A stretch of DNA of 64,000 nt from a virus, in IMG/VR virus record IMGVR_UViG_3300045988_128026, positions 23,157 to 87,156 of that record; one strand, 5' to 3'. How positions within the stretch are numbered: the stretch's first letter is position 1; each line of letters starts with the position of its first letter. The notes beneath the pieces were generated by a model that saw only the letters and a list, made by a program, of their open reading frames with translations, ran no database searches and had not been told where the DNA came from. This document shows positions 20,413 through 29,481 of the stretch, piece by piece. A program made the translations under genes and the position numbers.

Positions 20413-21246
20413 TTACACCATTCCTCTCACAATTCGTTCATTTGTTGTCATCAAGAAGTTATTGATACGATCCCAGTCTGGTTCGTCTGGCAAATCAGTA
20501 TTCATATAATCATAATCAAATTGATAAAGTAATCCTTCAATAAAAACATCGTATGACTGATTTGGGAAATATTCTGTATGCTCATTGTGTTTGCCAAATC
20601 TATATGTTTTATGCGTACTATTGTACCCTTCTTTGATCTTTACAAGATCTTTTCCTATGTCATCCATAGATCCAAACATTGTTCCGTTATGTAATAATTC
20701 AATACCCTGTAACAATAATCGAACTGCGTGCATCATTGATTTATTAGCGTATCGTTCCGCCTTTTGCTTTTCTTTCTCTGAATCTTTATTTTTATAATAC
20801 TTAAAACTCGTTCGAGTCAGGCAATCACATATATATCCTTTATATGCATGATAAACTCTCTTAGATAAAAACATATCTCTATTTTTGATCAGTTCCATAC
20901 CAATATCAGATATATATAAATAGCGGTCTGGTGCAAAATATAACAGCTCTAAAAACGTAGGATTACCCTTTGCAAGCATATTGATCATCTTAATATGCGA
21001 ATGTAACACAGTATCAACATCTTTATGATCGTCTGTCTTTTCAAGATTATTTGGATTATTATTCAACAAAATCTCTCTTTTATCACTAAGGAAAACACCA
21101 CGTAAATCAATGTCAGAATCCTCTGTATTTGTTCCGTAAGCATAACTTCCACCTAGTGTGAGAAAAGCGATTTTATGAGGATAATCTCGCAAAAAATCAT
21201 ACTCTGTAGACGAGTTTATGTAATCTTTCACTTCTTCAATTGTCAT
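20413..21246 (-). CDS. Pol-beta superfamily nucleotidyltransferase
   Basis: LGGSYAYGTNTEDSDIDLRGVF = GS..(x9-13)..DxD nucleotidyltransferase motif; 277 aa; stop is 2 nt from the HTH start. Confidence 0.55.
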   Translation of the reverse strand: MTIEEVKDYINSSTEYDFLRDYPHKIAFLTLGGSYAYGTNTEDSDIDLRGVFLSDKREILLNNNPNNLEKTDDHKDVDTVLHSHIKMINMLAKGNPTFLELLYFAPDRYLYISDIGMELIKNRDMFLSKRVYHAYKGYICDCLTRTSFKYYKNKDSEKEKQKAERYANKSMMHAVRLLLQGIELLHNGTMFGSMDDIGKDLVKIKEGYNSTHKTYRFGKHNEHTEYFPNQSYDVFIEGLLYQFDYDYMNTDLPDEPDWDRINNFLMTTNERIVRGMV

Positions 21247-21794
21247 GATCTCACCGCCTTTGCCCTATGCATTATTTTTTTAATATTACCAAGTTGCCAA
21301 CTTACCCATTGAATACTCTTTCCAAATTCTTTGGCTATGTATTTATGCTCAATATCATCAAGTAACATATATATAATTTTCTTCTGCTTGTCTGATAATT
21401 TGTTAAATTCTCCTTGATAATATACTGTTGTTAGTGCTTGACTCTCTATGTCATCGTTACTCACAAGCAAACTACCAATTGTTAATTCTTCTGCGTCAAC
21501 TCTTTCGTCAACAGGTGCATCCAATGATTCCGCATTTCTGTTCATTTTCTCTGTTGGGCTATGCCATTTTATATAATATTTATTAATTTCTGACTGTAAT
21601 ACCCATCTAAAATACGTCCCAAAATTACCTTTAGACTCATCCCATTTTAATGCTGCTTTGCAAATTGCCATACGACCAAGATCCATATATGTATCAAAAT
21701 CTTTAAATTTTGTAAAATACTTCTCATGCAAATGCCAAATCAAAGAATAATTATCTTCAATCAGCTTTCGCTGTTCATCATTTAGTTTCTTCAC
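21243..21794 (-). CDS. sigma-70 family sigma factor (phage-encoded), paralog 2
   Basis: N-terminus LNDEQRKLIEDNYSLI matches paralog 1; region-2-like MAICKAALKWDESKGNFGTYFRWVLQSEI; C-terminal HTH-like KYIAKEFGKSIQWVSWQLGNIKKIM. Confidence 0.6.
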   Translation of the reverse strand: MKKLNDEQRKLIEDNYSLIWHLHEKYFTKFKDFDTYMDLGRMAICKAALKWDESKGNFGTYFRWVLQSEINKYYIKWHSPTEKMNRNAESLDAPVDERVDAEELTIGSLLVSNDDIESQALTTVYYQGEFNKLSDKQKKIIYMLLDDIEHKYIAKEFGKSIQWVSWQLGNIKKIMHRAKAVRS

Positions 21795-22581
21795 ATTTCT
21801 TAGCCTCCTGTTCTTTAATAAATTGCTCTACTTCATCTGTATAATCTAAACCAAAATAATACTCTGCATGTCTTCCAGGATGAGGCACAATCATATCTAT
21901 AGCATTTGGGACTTCTTTGTTTATTTCTTTATAAATATCACCACTGCATTTTAATGTACCCATTACTAAATCATGTATAGAATATTTATTTTTAATACAT
22001 GGAATTGGAGGGTCGTTAAACAAGTGGCTAATAAAAGGATGTATGCTTCGTTCATTTCTTGCTTTTATATACGCTTTGTCCATCATATCTTTCATTATAT
22101 GTATAGCCTTGCAAACATCTTTACTAGCCAATTCATAAACTAATGCTTTAGTAGATTCATAATATACATCATCTGTATATGTACTATTAGAATATAATTT
22201 ATAAACTTCATTGCCATTTGATTTATCAATACATATGTTATCAATAGAAATTTTCTCACCGTTTTTTAATACAATTTCATCACAACACAATATTGCAGGA
22301 GATGTAATATGCATTGTTTCGATTGGCACATAATCTGTATATTCATACAAATAAGACTGCATAAGTATTTTTAAATTATAATCAAAACAATAATACATTT
22401 CATCTAACTCGTCACAATTTTTGTATTCTAAAGACTCAATTTCAGCAAACTCATCTCCCAGACAAATACCACGCACTACTTCGAACTTTCTTCTTCTATA
22501 AATTTCCACATCGGCTTCCCAATCTGGATCTCTGTTTTTACTAAAAGCAAGTTCAATTTCTCTTGTATTTTTCCTTGACAT
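21778..22581 (-). CDS. hypothetical protein
   Basis: ORF track; 267 aa. Confidence 0.35.
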   Translation of the reverse strand: MSRKNTREIELAFSKNRDPDWEADVEIYRRRKFEVVRGICLGDEFAEIESLEYKNCDELDEMYYCFDYNLKILMQSYLYEYTDYVPIETMHITSPAILCCDEIVLKNGEKISIDNICIDKSNGNEVYKLYSNSTYTDDVYYESTKALVYELASKDVCKAIHIMKDMMDKAYIKARNERSIHPFISHLFNDPPIPCIKNKYSIHDLVMGTLKCSGDIYKEINKEVPNAIDMIVPHPGRHAEYYFGLDYTDEVEQFIKEQEAKKCEETK

Positions 22582-22584
22582 ACA

Positions 22585-23538
22585 TCACACTCCTAATACA
22601 TATTTATCACATCTGAACCCAGCTGCATTTGGATGACCGCCACCACCATATTTCACAGCAAGCTCATACACATTTACTTTATCTTGTTCTGCGGATCGTA
22701 GCTGATATTCCCACATACTTCCATTGAATGAAAAACCGATAAACATATCGTATTTAGAAGCATCAATAGATTCGAAGAAATCAGAATTGATTAACGCTCT
22801 GTTGATTGCATAGACTTTATGTCCCTCAAATATGGTTTCAAAACCATATGCTCTAAGATATTGTTCTGCATTTGCTGCTAAATACTCAATAATTGATAAG
22901 CCATCTGCTATCATATCACCAATAATTTTTGCTGCTTCATAAATTCCTTGATCTTTATTTAACGTGTTTAGCAATGGACTTAACGCATCAAAATCATACG
23001 ATTCAAATGCATAGTGAAATGCTTTTACGAATTGTTTTGACGTTTCACCAAAATAAAATGTATCCCACATGGCTGTATATTCTGCCAGTTTTGGATAATC
23101 TGCTTTATATTTATATATATTGAGTAATCTTTTTACATTTTTCTCATCCGTCCTCTCAATTTGCTCCCAATTTTCATCACACATATATTTAAAATATAAC
23201 CATGTCAAATTCGCTCCTGAAATACCCGCTCCAGTAATTCTGATTCCTTTTACATCACACTTGAAATCTTTATACGCTTCAATCGTAGACTGATGATGGT
23301 CGATCCAAAATACATTCTTTGTAATACTGAGCAACTGCCACATCTCTTCTGGCTCAATACTGTAGTCTACAATAAACACAAATTCATCCTGCTCAATGTC
23401 ATGAAACGGGAATTTCATACCGTAATTAATTTTTCGGAAGTCCTCTGGTTCAAATGCTAAACCTCGCTGTTCACAAGCTTTTCTGACGTAGAATCCAGAC
23501 ACGATTCCGTCTTGATCAACATGATAAAAACACTTCAT
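22585..23538 (-). CDS. NrnA-like DHH/DHHA1 phosphoesterase (nanoRNase / pAp or cyclic-dinucleotide phosphodiesterase family)
   Basis: YHVDQDGIVSG (DHH motif I), WIDHHQS (DHH motif III), C-terminal GGGGHPNAAGF (DHHA1 GGGH motif); 317 aa, the size of stand-alone NrnA. Confidence 0.65.
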   Translation of the reverse strand: MKCFYHVDQDGIVSGFYVRKACEQRGLAFEPEDFRKINYGMKFPFHDIEQDEFVFIVDYSIEPEEMWQLLSITKNVFWIDHHQSTIEAYKDFKCDVKGIRITGAGISGANLTWLYFKYMCDENWEQIERTDEKNVKRLLNIYKYKADYPKLAEYTAMWDTFYFGETSKQFVKAFHYAFESYDFDALSPLLNTLNKDQGIYEAAKIIGDMIADGLSIIEYLAANAEQYLRAYGFETIFEGHKVYAINRALINSDFFESIDASKYDMFIGFSFNGSMWEYQLRSAEQDKVNVYELAVKYGGGGHPNAAGFRCDKYVLGV

Positions 23539-23822
23539 TATTTTTCCTCCTTTATCTGCTCACCTTTATTAATTGACTCAACATATATTTCCCAGTCACC
23601 TGCATATACATCTTCCGCAAGAGGTATCCAAACTTCTGCGTTTTCTTTATCAAATAAAAAAATAATTGAATCTGGCTTATATTCACCCATATCATTACAC
23701 TCAAAATAAACATTAGTTAATTCTGACGAATAAATTTTCAAATACTTTTCCTTTCCCCAAATGCCTCTTCTTATAGTAGTTTTGTCTTTTTTTATTGCAG
23801 TCATTGCTTTTATAAAATTCAA
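23538..23822 (-). CDS. hypothetical protein
   Basis: ORF track. Confidence 0.3.
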   Translation of the reverse strand: MNFIKAMTAIKKDKTTIRRGIWGKEKYLKIYSSELTNVYFECNDMGEYKPDSIIFLFDKENAEVWIPLAEDVYAGDWEIYVESINKGEQIKEEK

Positions 23823-23830
23823 TTAATTAC

Positions 23831-24142
23831 TCACCTCTTCCTTTTACTGTTAAAATCCCATCCTTGCTCAACCCAATCATTTGCGAAAATATCCTCTTGT
23901 GTAGGCAACCATCCCAATGTTATAACTCCATTTTGGTCTCTACATAAGAGTGGTTTCATTTTATATTTTTTATCAAATGGAATAATCTCATTTAATTCTT
24001 CTTCGCACATCATAAACACATAATCATAAGTTGTTCGTGTCTTCTTCCACGAACTACGACGATACAATTGTCTTGGATTAATTTCCATATTTTGCATCAT
24101 CATTTCAAACGACATTCCTTGTTTCTTTTTTGCCATTGGCAT
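23831..24142 (-). CDS. hypothetical protein
   Basis: ORF track. Confidence 0.3.
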   Translation of the reverse strand: MPMAKKKQGMSFEMMMQNMEINPRQLYRRSSWKKTRTTYDYVFMMCEEELNEIIPFDKKYKMKPLLCRDQNGVITLGWLPTQEDIFANDWVEQGWDFNSKRKR

Positions 24143-24447
24143 TATTTCTCCTTTACAATCTTAACTTTATAACCAAGTTCCTTTTCAATTTCTGCAACCG
24201 TCATTTCTTTTGGCGGTGATAAACTCATATTTAAACTATCAATATCAGATTCCATATTCCAAACGCTTCTGTAGATCAATCGTCCCGTCAAAATACAAAT
24301 TGCTTTCTTAACTTCGTCTGCCGTCGGTGGATAATGATCTAATGATGAAATAATATGTTTGTAATTTTCTTCATTCAATAAAACACGTTTAGAATCGAGG
24401 GATGTATTCTCTTCTTCCCGTGATTCAATATATAAGAAGTTGTTCAT
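24142..24447 (-). CDS. hypothetical protein
   Basis: ORF track. Confidence 0.3.
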   Translation of the reverse strand: MNNFLYIESREEENTSLDSKRVLLNEENYKHIISSLDHYPPTADEVKKAICILTGRLIYRSVWNMESDIDSLNMSLSPPKEMTVAEIEKELGYKVKIVKEK

Positions 24448-24451
24448 TATA

Positions 24452-24615
24452 TCTCTCCTTTCTCAATTTCTTCTTTAATAATTCTATATGCAAGAGCCTC
24501 ATCAGACTCTTTGTCATTAATTCCATTTCTTTCTAACAGCCTGTCCAATTCACTGGGACTCAGCCGATCAAAGAATCGTTTTATCTCTTGTTTTTGTTGT
24601 TGTCTCGATTTCATT
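24452..24615 (-). CDS. small hypothetical protein (54 aa, below ORF-track cutoff)
   Basis: My own translation: MKSRQQQKQEIKRFFDRLSPSELDRLLERNGINDKESDEALAYRIIKEEIEKGDIM. Confidence 0.3.
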
Positions 24616-24647
24616 TTTTGTTTAAATTCCTTTAGTTCTGTTATTGT

Positions 24648-24727
24648 TTATAGTTGTCAAACATTACATGAAGCATAGAAAAATACCATATAGTTTTGTA
24701 CCCATGTTATTTTTAATAGTTGTCAAA
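24648..24727 (-). promoter_or_regulatory. two direct repeats ATAGTTGTCAAAC (minus strand GTTTGACAACTAT, each containing TTGACA) 64 nt apart in a 270-nt noncoding gap
   Basis: Read directly; candidate internal promoter or operator for the downstream minus-strand genes. Confidence 0.35.
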
Positions 24728-24886
24728 CCACCAAATAACATAAATCCGACAAAATAACATAGATTTTAGTGAGTGCTATAACAAATCTCACTTTTGACGT
24801 ACTCAAAAACTATTTGAGCAGAATATTTTTATATTCCCAAAACACACCAAATATTTTAAAATTTTTATTTTGTTTCTTAGCCATAT

Positions 24887-25072
24887 CTACTTCACTACCT
24901 TACCATCTGGCATTATAAATTCCCAATACCCATCACTATTTTCAACTTCTTTTGGTTCTTCTTTATATATTTTCTCCATTAACTTCCGACCTCGCTCAAT
25001 ATCTTCTTTTGTCCAATTTTCTACTTCGTCAATCAAACCTTGCAAAAACTTCAATGATTCTTGTTTACTCAT
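24887..25072 (-). CDS. hypothetical protein
   Basis: ORF track. Confidence 0.3.
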   Translation of the reverse strand: MSKQESLKFLQGLIDEVENWTKEDIERGRKLMEKIYKEEPKEVENSDGYWEFIMPDGKVVK

Positions 25073-25077
25073 GAGTC

Positions 25078-25359
25078 TTATTCCTCACATTTTCTACCAT
25101 ATAGTAAGAATCCAATATCTCGTATTCTACCTATCTTACGATCATCCTTGTTTTCAAAAAATTCTAAAGAGTAAATATCACGATTAGAGGTATTTACTGG
25201 TTTGTCAAATTTAACGGTCATATATCTATACCCATATCTGCGACCAATCTCATCTGTTCCGATGCGAGTAATTGTACCTTTGTCGTTATTTCTAACCAAA
25301 CCTCCTTTAGCCGCTGGCTTCATTCTATAAATATAAACTCTATCTCCGACCTTTAGCAT
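25078..25359 (-). CDS. hypothetical protein
   Basis: ORF track. Confidence 0.3.
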   Translation of the reverse strand: MLKVGDRVYIYRMKPAAKGGLVRNNDKGTITRIGTDEIGRRYGYRYMTVKFDKPVNTSNRDIYSLEFFENKDDRKIGRIRDIGFLLYGRKCEE

Positions 25360-25680
25360 TTACTTACCTTTCATTTCTTCATAAAGCTCTCTAAATTTTC
25401 TAAAATCATCTGCACTGCCACCATTATCTGGATGACTTTTCTTCATTGCATACTTCACTGCGTCCTTAACATCTGAACGAGTTTCTTCCTTATTATATGT
25501 ATCATGTTCTTTGTTGTTAGCATCAGCCATAAACGACATCTTATCTAAGATCAGATTTACATTTGTCTGCCTCAGGCGATCCATCTTTCTTTCATGTCTT
25601 AGAAATACGATCGCCCCAACGATACAAAACCCAATGGCATAGCCAATGGCAAACTCAATATTGACTTCCATGTTAATCAT
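25360..25680 (-). CDS. membrane-anchored J-domain (DnaJ-like) protein
   Basis: N-terminal TM helix FAIGYAIGFCIVGAIVFL; C-terminal DAVKYAMKKSHPDNGGSADDFRKFRELYEE with the HPD tripeptide of J domains. Confidence 0.55.
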   Translation of the reverse strand: MINMEVNIEFAIGYAIGFCIVGAIVFLRHERKMDRLRQTNVNLILDKMSFMADANNKEHDTYNKEETRSDVKDAVKYAMKKSHPDNGGSADDFRKFRELYEEMKGK

Positions 25681-25888
25681 CCTCCCTTTACATAAAACTC
25701 AGATTTTACTCTATTACATATCTTTTCTCACAGCCACATTTCTTGCAGCGATAAACCTTCTCACATCTATAAGGTTTTGTAGATCTGTCGCCATAATATA
25801 TTGCAGACTCAAATATCTGTTCCCAATCATGTTTACAGAAACAAGACCTGATATACCAAATTAATCTTCTCATTTAATACCTTGCACC

Positions 25889-26197
25889 TCATATTTCACT
25901 CAATAAGTCTTTCACAATTACTCGATCTTCGTCTTTAACTTTTTTTGATTTTGTTGTTGCCATAAACTCTAACCACTCTTTTCTCATTTTCTTTTCGTCA
26001 TCATTTAAGTGTTCGATTACAATTAATTGCTTAGAATTAAGTTTGTCGTGACTAGAAATATAGTTATTCCATCCGTCTTTCCAAAACAACTTGTTTGAGA
26101 TAACTAATGCATATCCCATCAATGTTTCTCCATTTACTATTCTTGATCTAAAACACAGATTTCCATTTTCAATGGGATTATTTCTCATATCTTTCAT
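25889..26197 (-). CDS. hypothetical protein
   Basis: ORF track. Confidence 0.3.
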   Translation of the reverse strand: MKDMRNNPIENGNLCFRSRIVNGETLMGYALVISNKLFWKDGWNNYISSHDKLNSKQLIVIEHLNDDEKKMRKEWLEFMATTKSKKVKDEDRVIVKDLLSEI

Positions 26198-26376
26198 TCT
26201 TCATCACCCTCTTCTGGTCTTAGCATAATCCCAAGACCTGTACACATTCCTGTAAGTTTCTTGTCCATTGCCTTGATTCTTTTGTAGTTGTAATATGTCA
26301 TATATGGTACTCCAATTCCAATTGCTACGATCACCATAAACGCCAATACCCAAATTATGTAAAACAAAACGTCCAT
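26194..26376 (-). CDS. small membrane protein
   Basis: Hydrophobic FYIIWVLAFMVIVAIGIGV. Confidence 0.3.
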   Translation of the reverse strand: MDVLFYIIWVLAFMVIVAIGIGVPYMTYYNYKRIKAMDKKLTGMCTGLGIMLRPEEGDEE

Positions 26377-26377
26377 T

Positions 26378-26785
26378 TTATCTTTCTCCTTTTCTTCGAT
26401 CTCTTTCTATTTTTCTGAGATACCTTCTTTGTTTTTCGACCACATTAAATGCAAAATCATCTATGTGTCCATACGATGCGAAGTTTCGTGCCATTGTCAA
26501 ATCCCCATAAATCTTATGATATGTTTCGTTTTTGACCATTTCTTTTCTGCAATAATACAATGCGTTACATAATGTTGTTAGCTCTGTTGCATCCAATCTA
26601 ATGATCGCCTCACTATCTTCTTTGGAAAGATTTAAAATCTGCATATCAACAACTCCTTTCTGTCTACTACTATCTCCTAAAATCAAACCACCATACTGTG
26701 TAAAAATTCTTCTGAAAATATGTATCGTCTCCGTCATCAAGTTCTGTAAAATATTTTCTGCCTCGTTCCTTAACATCGTCTTCAT
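26378..26785 (-). CDS. hypothetical protein
   Basis: ORF track; overlaps the next ORF, so the true start may be an internal Met. Confidence 0.3.
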   Translation of the reverse strand: MKTMLRNEAENILQNLMTETIHIFRRIFTQYGGLILGDSSRQKGVVDMQILNLSKEDSEAIIRLDATELTTLCNALYYCRKEMVKNETYHKIYGDLTMARNFASYGHIDDFAFNVVEKQRRYLRKIERDRRKGER

Positions 26786-27179
26786 TGAAATAACTATATG
26801 CCCATGCAGGAATTGTGTAAGATTCCTTATCTTCTAAGCAAAGATTCAACAAATCTTTGACCATCATCTGCAATTCTTCTTCATCATATCCCTGCGTCAT
26901 TACGTCAAAATATGGGATATATGCCATATATGGAACCGAGTCATTTTCATCTTTTAGAACTACGACAGGAAATGTTAGATTGTAATTCATATCAGCCTTG
27001 CTCCCTTGAATTGTAAATATTATTTTTTCTTCATCGGTTGTATCGTCAGTAAGTGCAAATAGCGAAACATCTCTAAGTGCGTATCTAATATTGTTTACAT
27101 CCTTTCTTCTTATGTTTTTTCTTCTTATATGGCGTACAATCACGAACATTAACCCATGACCATCTAAATGCTTCATCAA
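26670..27179 (-). CDS. hypothetical protein (start uncertain; probably an internal Met near 26993)
   Basis: ORF track; overlaps both neighbours in other frames. Confidence 0.25.
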   Translation of the reverse strand: MMKHLDGHGLMFVIVRHIRRKNIRRKDVNNIRYALRDVSLFALTDDTTDEEKIIFTIQGSKADMNYNLTFPVVVLKDENDSVPYMAYIPYFDVMTQGYDEEELQMMVKDLLNLCLEDKESYTIPAWAYSYFNEDDVKERGRKYFTELDDGDDTYFQKNFYTVWWFDFRR

Positions 27180-27285
27180 GATAAATCAAAAAGGCTGTAT
27201 AAGTGTCTCCACAACTGCTAGAATCACATTTGTCTGTGCAAACTCCATACACTTTATATGGTTTTGCATGATATAAAACTTTCAT
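27085..27285 (-). CDS. small Cys-rich protein
   Basis: CTDKCDSSSCGDTY; start taken at an internal ATG (MKVLYHAKPY). Confidence 0.25.
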   Translation of the reverse strand: MKVLYHAKPYKVYGVCTDKCDSSSCGDTYTAFLIYLDEAFRWSWVNVRDCTPYKKKKHKKKGCKQY

Positions 27286-27287
27286 AA

Positions 27288-27725
27288 TCATTCTCCTCCA
27301 AAATAAATCCACCACTTAGTAACATTGTAATCAATTTCTTTTTCTTTTAATTTTGCAATCTTGCGATAATTGCTTTGGTATGTATCCATCTGTTCTTTAA
27401 CAAGTTCATTACTTCTTAATTCAGGATATGTTGTGATCAATGCCATTCCATCACCAGCTTTAAATTCTTTGTATGTATCCTTTTCATGATTCATGTAACT
27501 CTTAACAGTCACATCAATCTTTCTCTCAAGTTGCCAATTTTGTGTTTCATACATTTTAATTTTCTGATTGACGCCTTGATTTTCATACAAGTTACTCAGT
27601 AGCAAACATAAAACTACGATGACAGCAAAGTTAATCGGAATTAACACAACATCAAAATCACCAGAGAAGCAACCTTTGTAGATTATTAAAGCAATTATGG
27701 CGATTATAAGTACCAATATCACCAT
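27288..27725 (-). CDS. membrane protein
   Basis: Two N-terminal TM helices (MVILVLIIAIIALII; INFAVIVVLCLLLSNL). Confidence 0.35.
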   Translation of the reverse strand: MVILVLIIAIIALIIYKGCFSGDFDVVLIPINFAVIVVLCLLLSNLYENQGVNQKIKMYETQNWQLERKIDVTVKSYMNHEKDTYKEFKAGDGMALITTYPELRSNELVKEQMDTYQSNYRKIAKLKEKEIDYNVTKWWIYFGGE

Positions 27726-28258
27726 TATTCATCCACCTCACAATCAACATCAAATAGATATTTTATGATGCGTTTTGCTCCAACCTTGTTGGCGGCATCC
27801 TCAGCGATTTCTTTAGAAGAAAAATATACCTCATTTAGGCGTCTAAGTTGTACGGCAGGGATTTTTGCCAAATCATCCTCAGTCACATCATATCCAATAT
27901 AATAATGAAAATTCGCTCCATCCCATTCTTCTTGATCAGGATCATTATGTTCATCAGCATATATTTGCAATTCAACCCTAACCTTCTGCTTTTCAATAGC
28001 AAACTCTGTATCCTTTTCAGTCTTAAATACATTACCTAAAGCTAATCTTCTCAAATCTGATGCTCTACCTTGCCATTTTGCAATACCGATCTGTCCATCA
28101 TTAGTGATGTAATAATACTCATCTCCGTTCTTTAACCCACATGGATTTGTTTCTTCTTTCTGTTCTGATCTCTCGCAGAACTGCTCAAATAATGATTTAA
28201 ATAAATTCTGCTGTGCTTCAGATAATTTTGAAATATCAATTGTCTTTGCTGTACCCAT
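27725..28258 (-). CDS. hypothetical protein (tandem paralog of 28275-28787)
   Basis: Shared TKTIDIS.L.EA.Q.L.K.LF...CER, LGNVFKT and RIIKY segments. Confidence 0.4.
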   Translation of the reverse strand: MGTAKTIDISKLSEAQQNLFKSLFEQFCERSEQKEETNPCGLKNGDEYYYITNDGQIGIAKWQGRASDLRRLALGNVFKTEKDTEFAIEKQKVRVELQIYADEHNDPDQEEWDGANFHYYIGYDVTEDDLAKIPAVQLRRLNEVYFSSKEIAEDAANKVGAKRIIKYLFDVDCEVDE

Positions 28259-28274
28259 TTTCTTTCACCTCACT

Positions 28275-28787
28275 TTATGCTCCAAAGATGTATTTAATGA
28301 TTCTGTCTCTTCCGATTGCTTCAATTGCATCAACTAAAACATCTTTTGATGTAAACATAACTGTACCCTGTATTTTTGTTGTAGCCCATGTATCGCAAAG
28401 AAGTCTTTTTCCGTCTTCTTCACATCGAATACAATAACAACGATTGGCAAATTCTGTGCCATTGTGTTCCTTTGCATACCGCTCAAGTTCAACTTCTACT
28501 TTTCTTTTCTTTCTTGCAAATACTGCTTCTTCTTGTGTTTTAAATACGTTGCCTAATACCCATCTACCGTTATCGACAATGCTATTAAACCATATTGCAC
28601 TATAAATAGATCCGCTACCATCAATGTAATGATATCTTTCACCGTATTTTGGTTTCCAAACTTTAGACCCTGAATTAGTTTTTTCTTTTGGTTTCGCTCT
28701 TTCACAACATTTATCAAATAATGCTTTTATTAGATCCTGTTCTGCCTCTGGCAGCACTGAAATATCAATTGTTTTTGTTACACTCAT
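28275..28787 (-). CDS. hypothetical protein (tandem paralog of 27725-28258)
   Basis: See paralog; the C-terminal third is diverged and Cys-containing. Confidence 0.4.
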   Translation of the reverse strand: MSVTKTIDISVLPEAEQDLIKALFDKCCERAKPKEKTNSGSKVWKPKYGERYHYIDGSGSIYSAIWFNSIVDNGRWVLGNVFKTQEEAVFARKKRKVEVELERYAKEHNGTEFANRCYCIRCEEDGKRLLCDTWATTKIQGTVMFTSKDVLVDAIEAIGRDRIIKYIFGA

Positions 28788-29179
28788 TTATTTCCCTCAC
28801 TTTTAAACTCTTCAATCTCTCTCCACGCCAAAACACTTTCGTCGTTATAGTATAAAATGTTACTGTTACGCCTTCTCCATCCATGAGAATCGTGCCATGA
28901 CCTATGGGTGCATTCACCTTTTATAAAAACCCAAACGTACTTAATATCTTCTGGCAGATCATCAGGATTCTTTCTTAAGTCATGCCATCTATACTTTTCT
29001 TTATATTCTTTTAACTCTTTCAATTCTCCCAGCCACTTCGCAAGTTGCTCATGATTTAAGGCACAGTCAATCAATCCATCAAGTTCTTCATCATCTGGAT
29101 TTGCATGGCACAACATAGCTTCTGTGTATTTCTTGGTTGCCATATCATTTGCGTATTTAATAGTTTCTTCTAAATTCAT
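28784..29179 (-). CDS. hypothetical protein
   Basis: ORF track. Confidence 0.3.
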   Translation of the reverse strand: MNLEETIKYANDMATKKYTEAMLCHANPDDEELDGLIDCALNHEQLAKWLGELKELKEYKEKYRWHDLRKNPDDLPEDIKYVWVFIKGECTHRSWHDSHGWRRRNSNILYYNDESVLAWREIEEFKSEGNK

Positions 29180-29193
29180 TTGTCTTCTCCTCT

Positions 29194-29481
29194 CTAATCA
29201 ATTTCTGCGATACTTTCTACGAAGCAGTTGTAGTAAATATATCTCTTACCTTTGTAGTCAAACTTGACATATCCACCGTCATTTGTATCAATGTCAATTT
29301 TCCCTTTATATTCAGCAATCTTTTTACCATCTGCTGTATATACTGTAATGACTCTTTTCATACCGCCATTCCAATTGCTTTTCATATCAACAACTTCTCT
29401 TTTGAATCCTGCGGTACATCCTGTCATTGATCCTAAACAAATCGTTGCTCCTAAAACTGTTGCTAAAATTTTCTTTCTCAT
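29194..29481 (-). CDS. putative lipoprotein
   Basis: Signal peptide with lipobox-like LGSMTGC. Confidence 0.4.
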   Translation of the reverse strand: MRKKILATVLGATICLGSMTGCTAGFKREVVDMKSNWNGGMKRVITVYTADGKKIAEYKGKIDIDTNDGGYVKFDYKGKRYIYYNCFVESIAEID

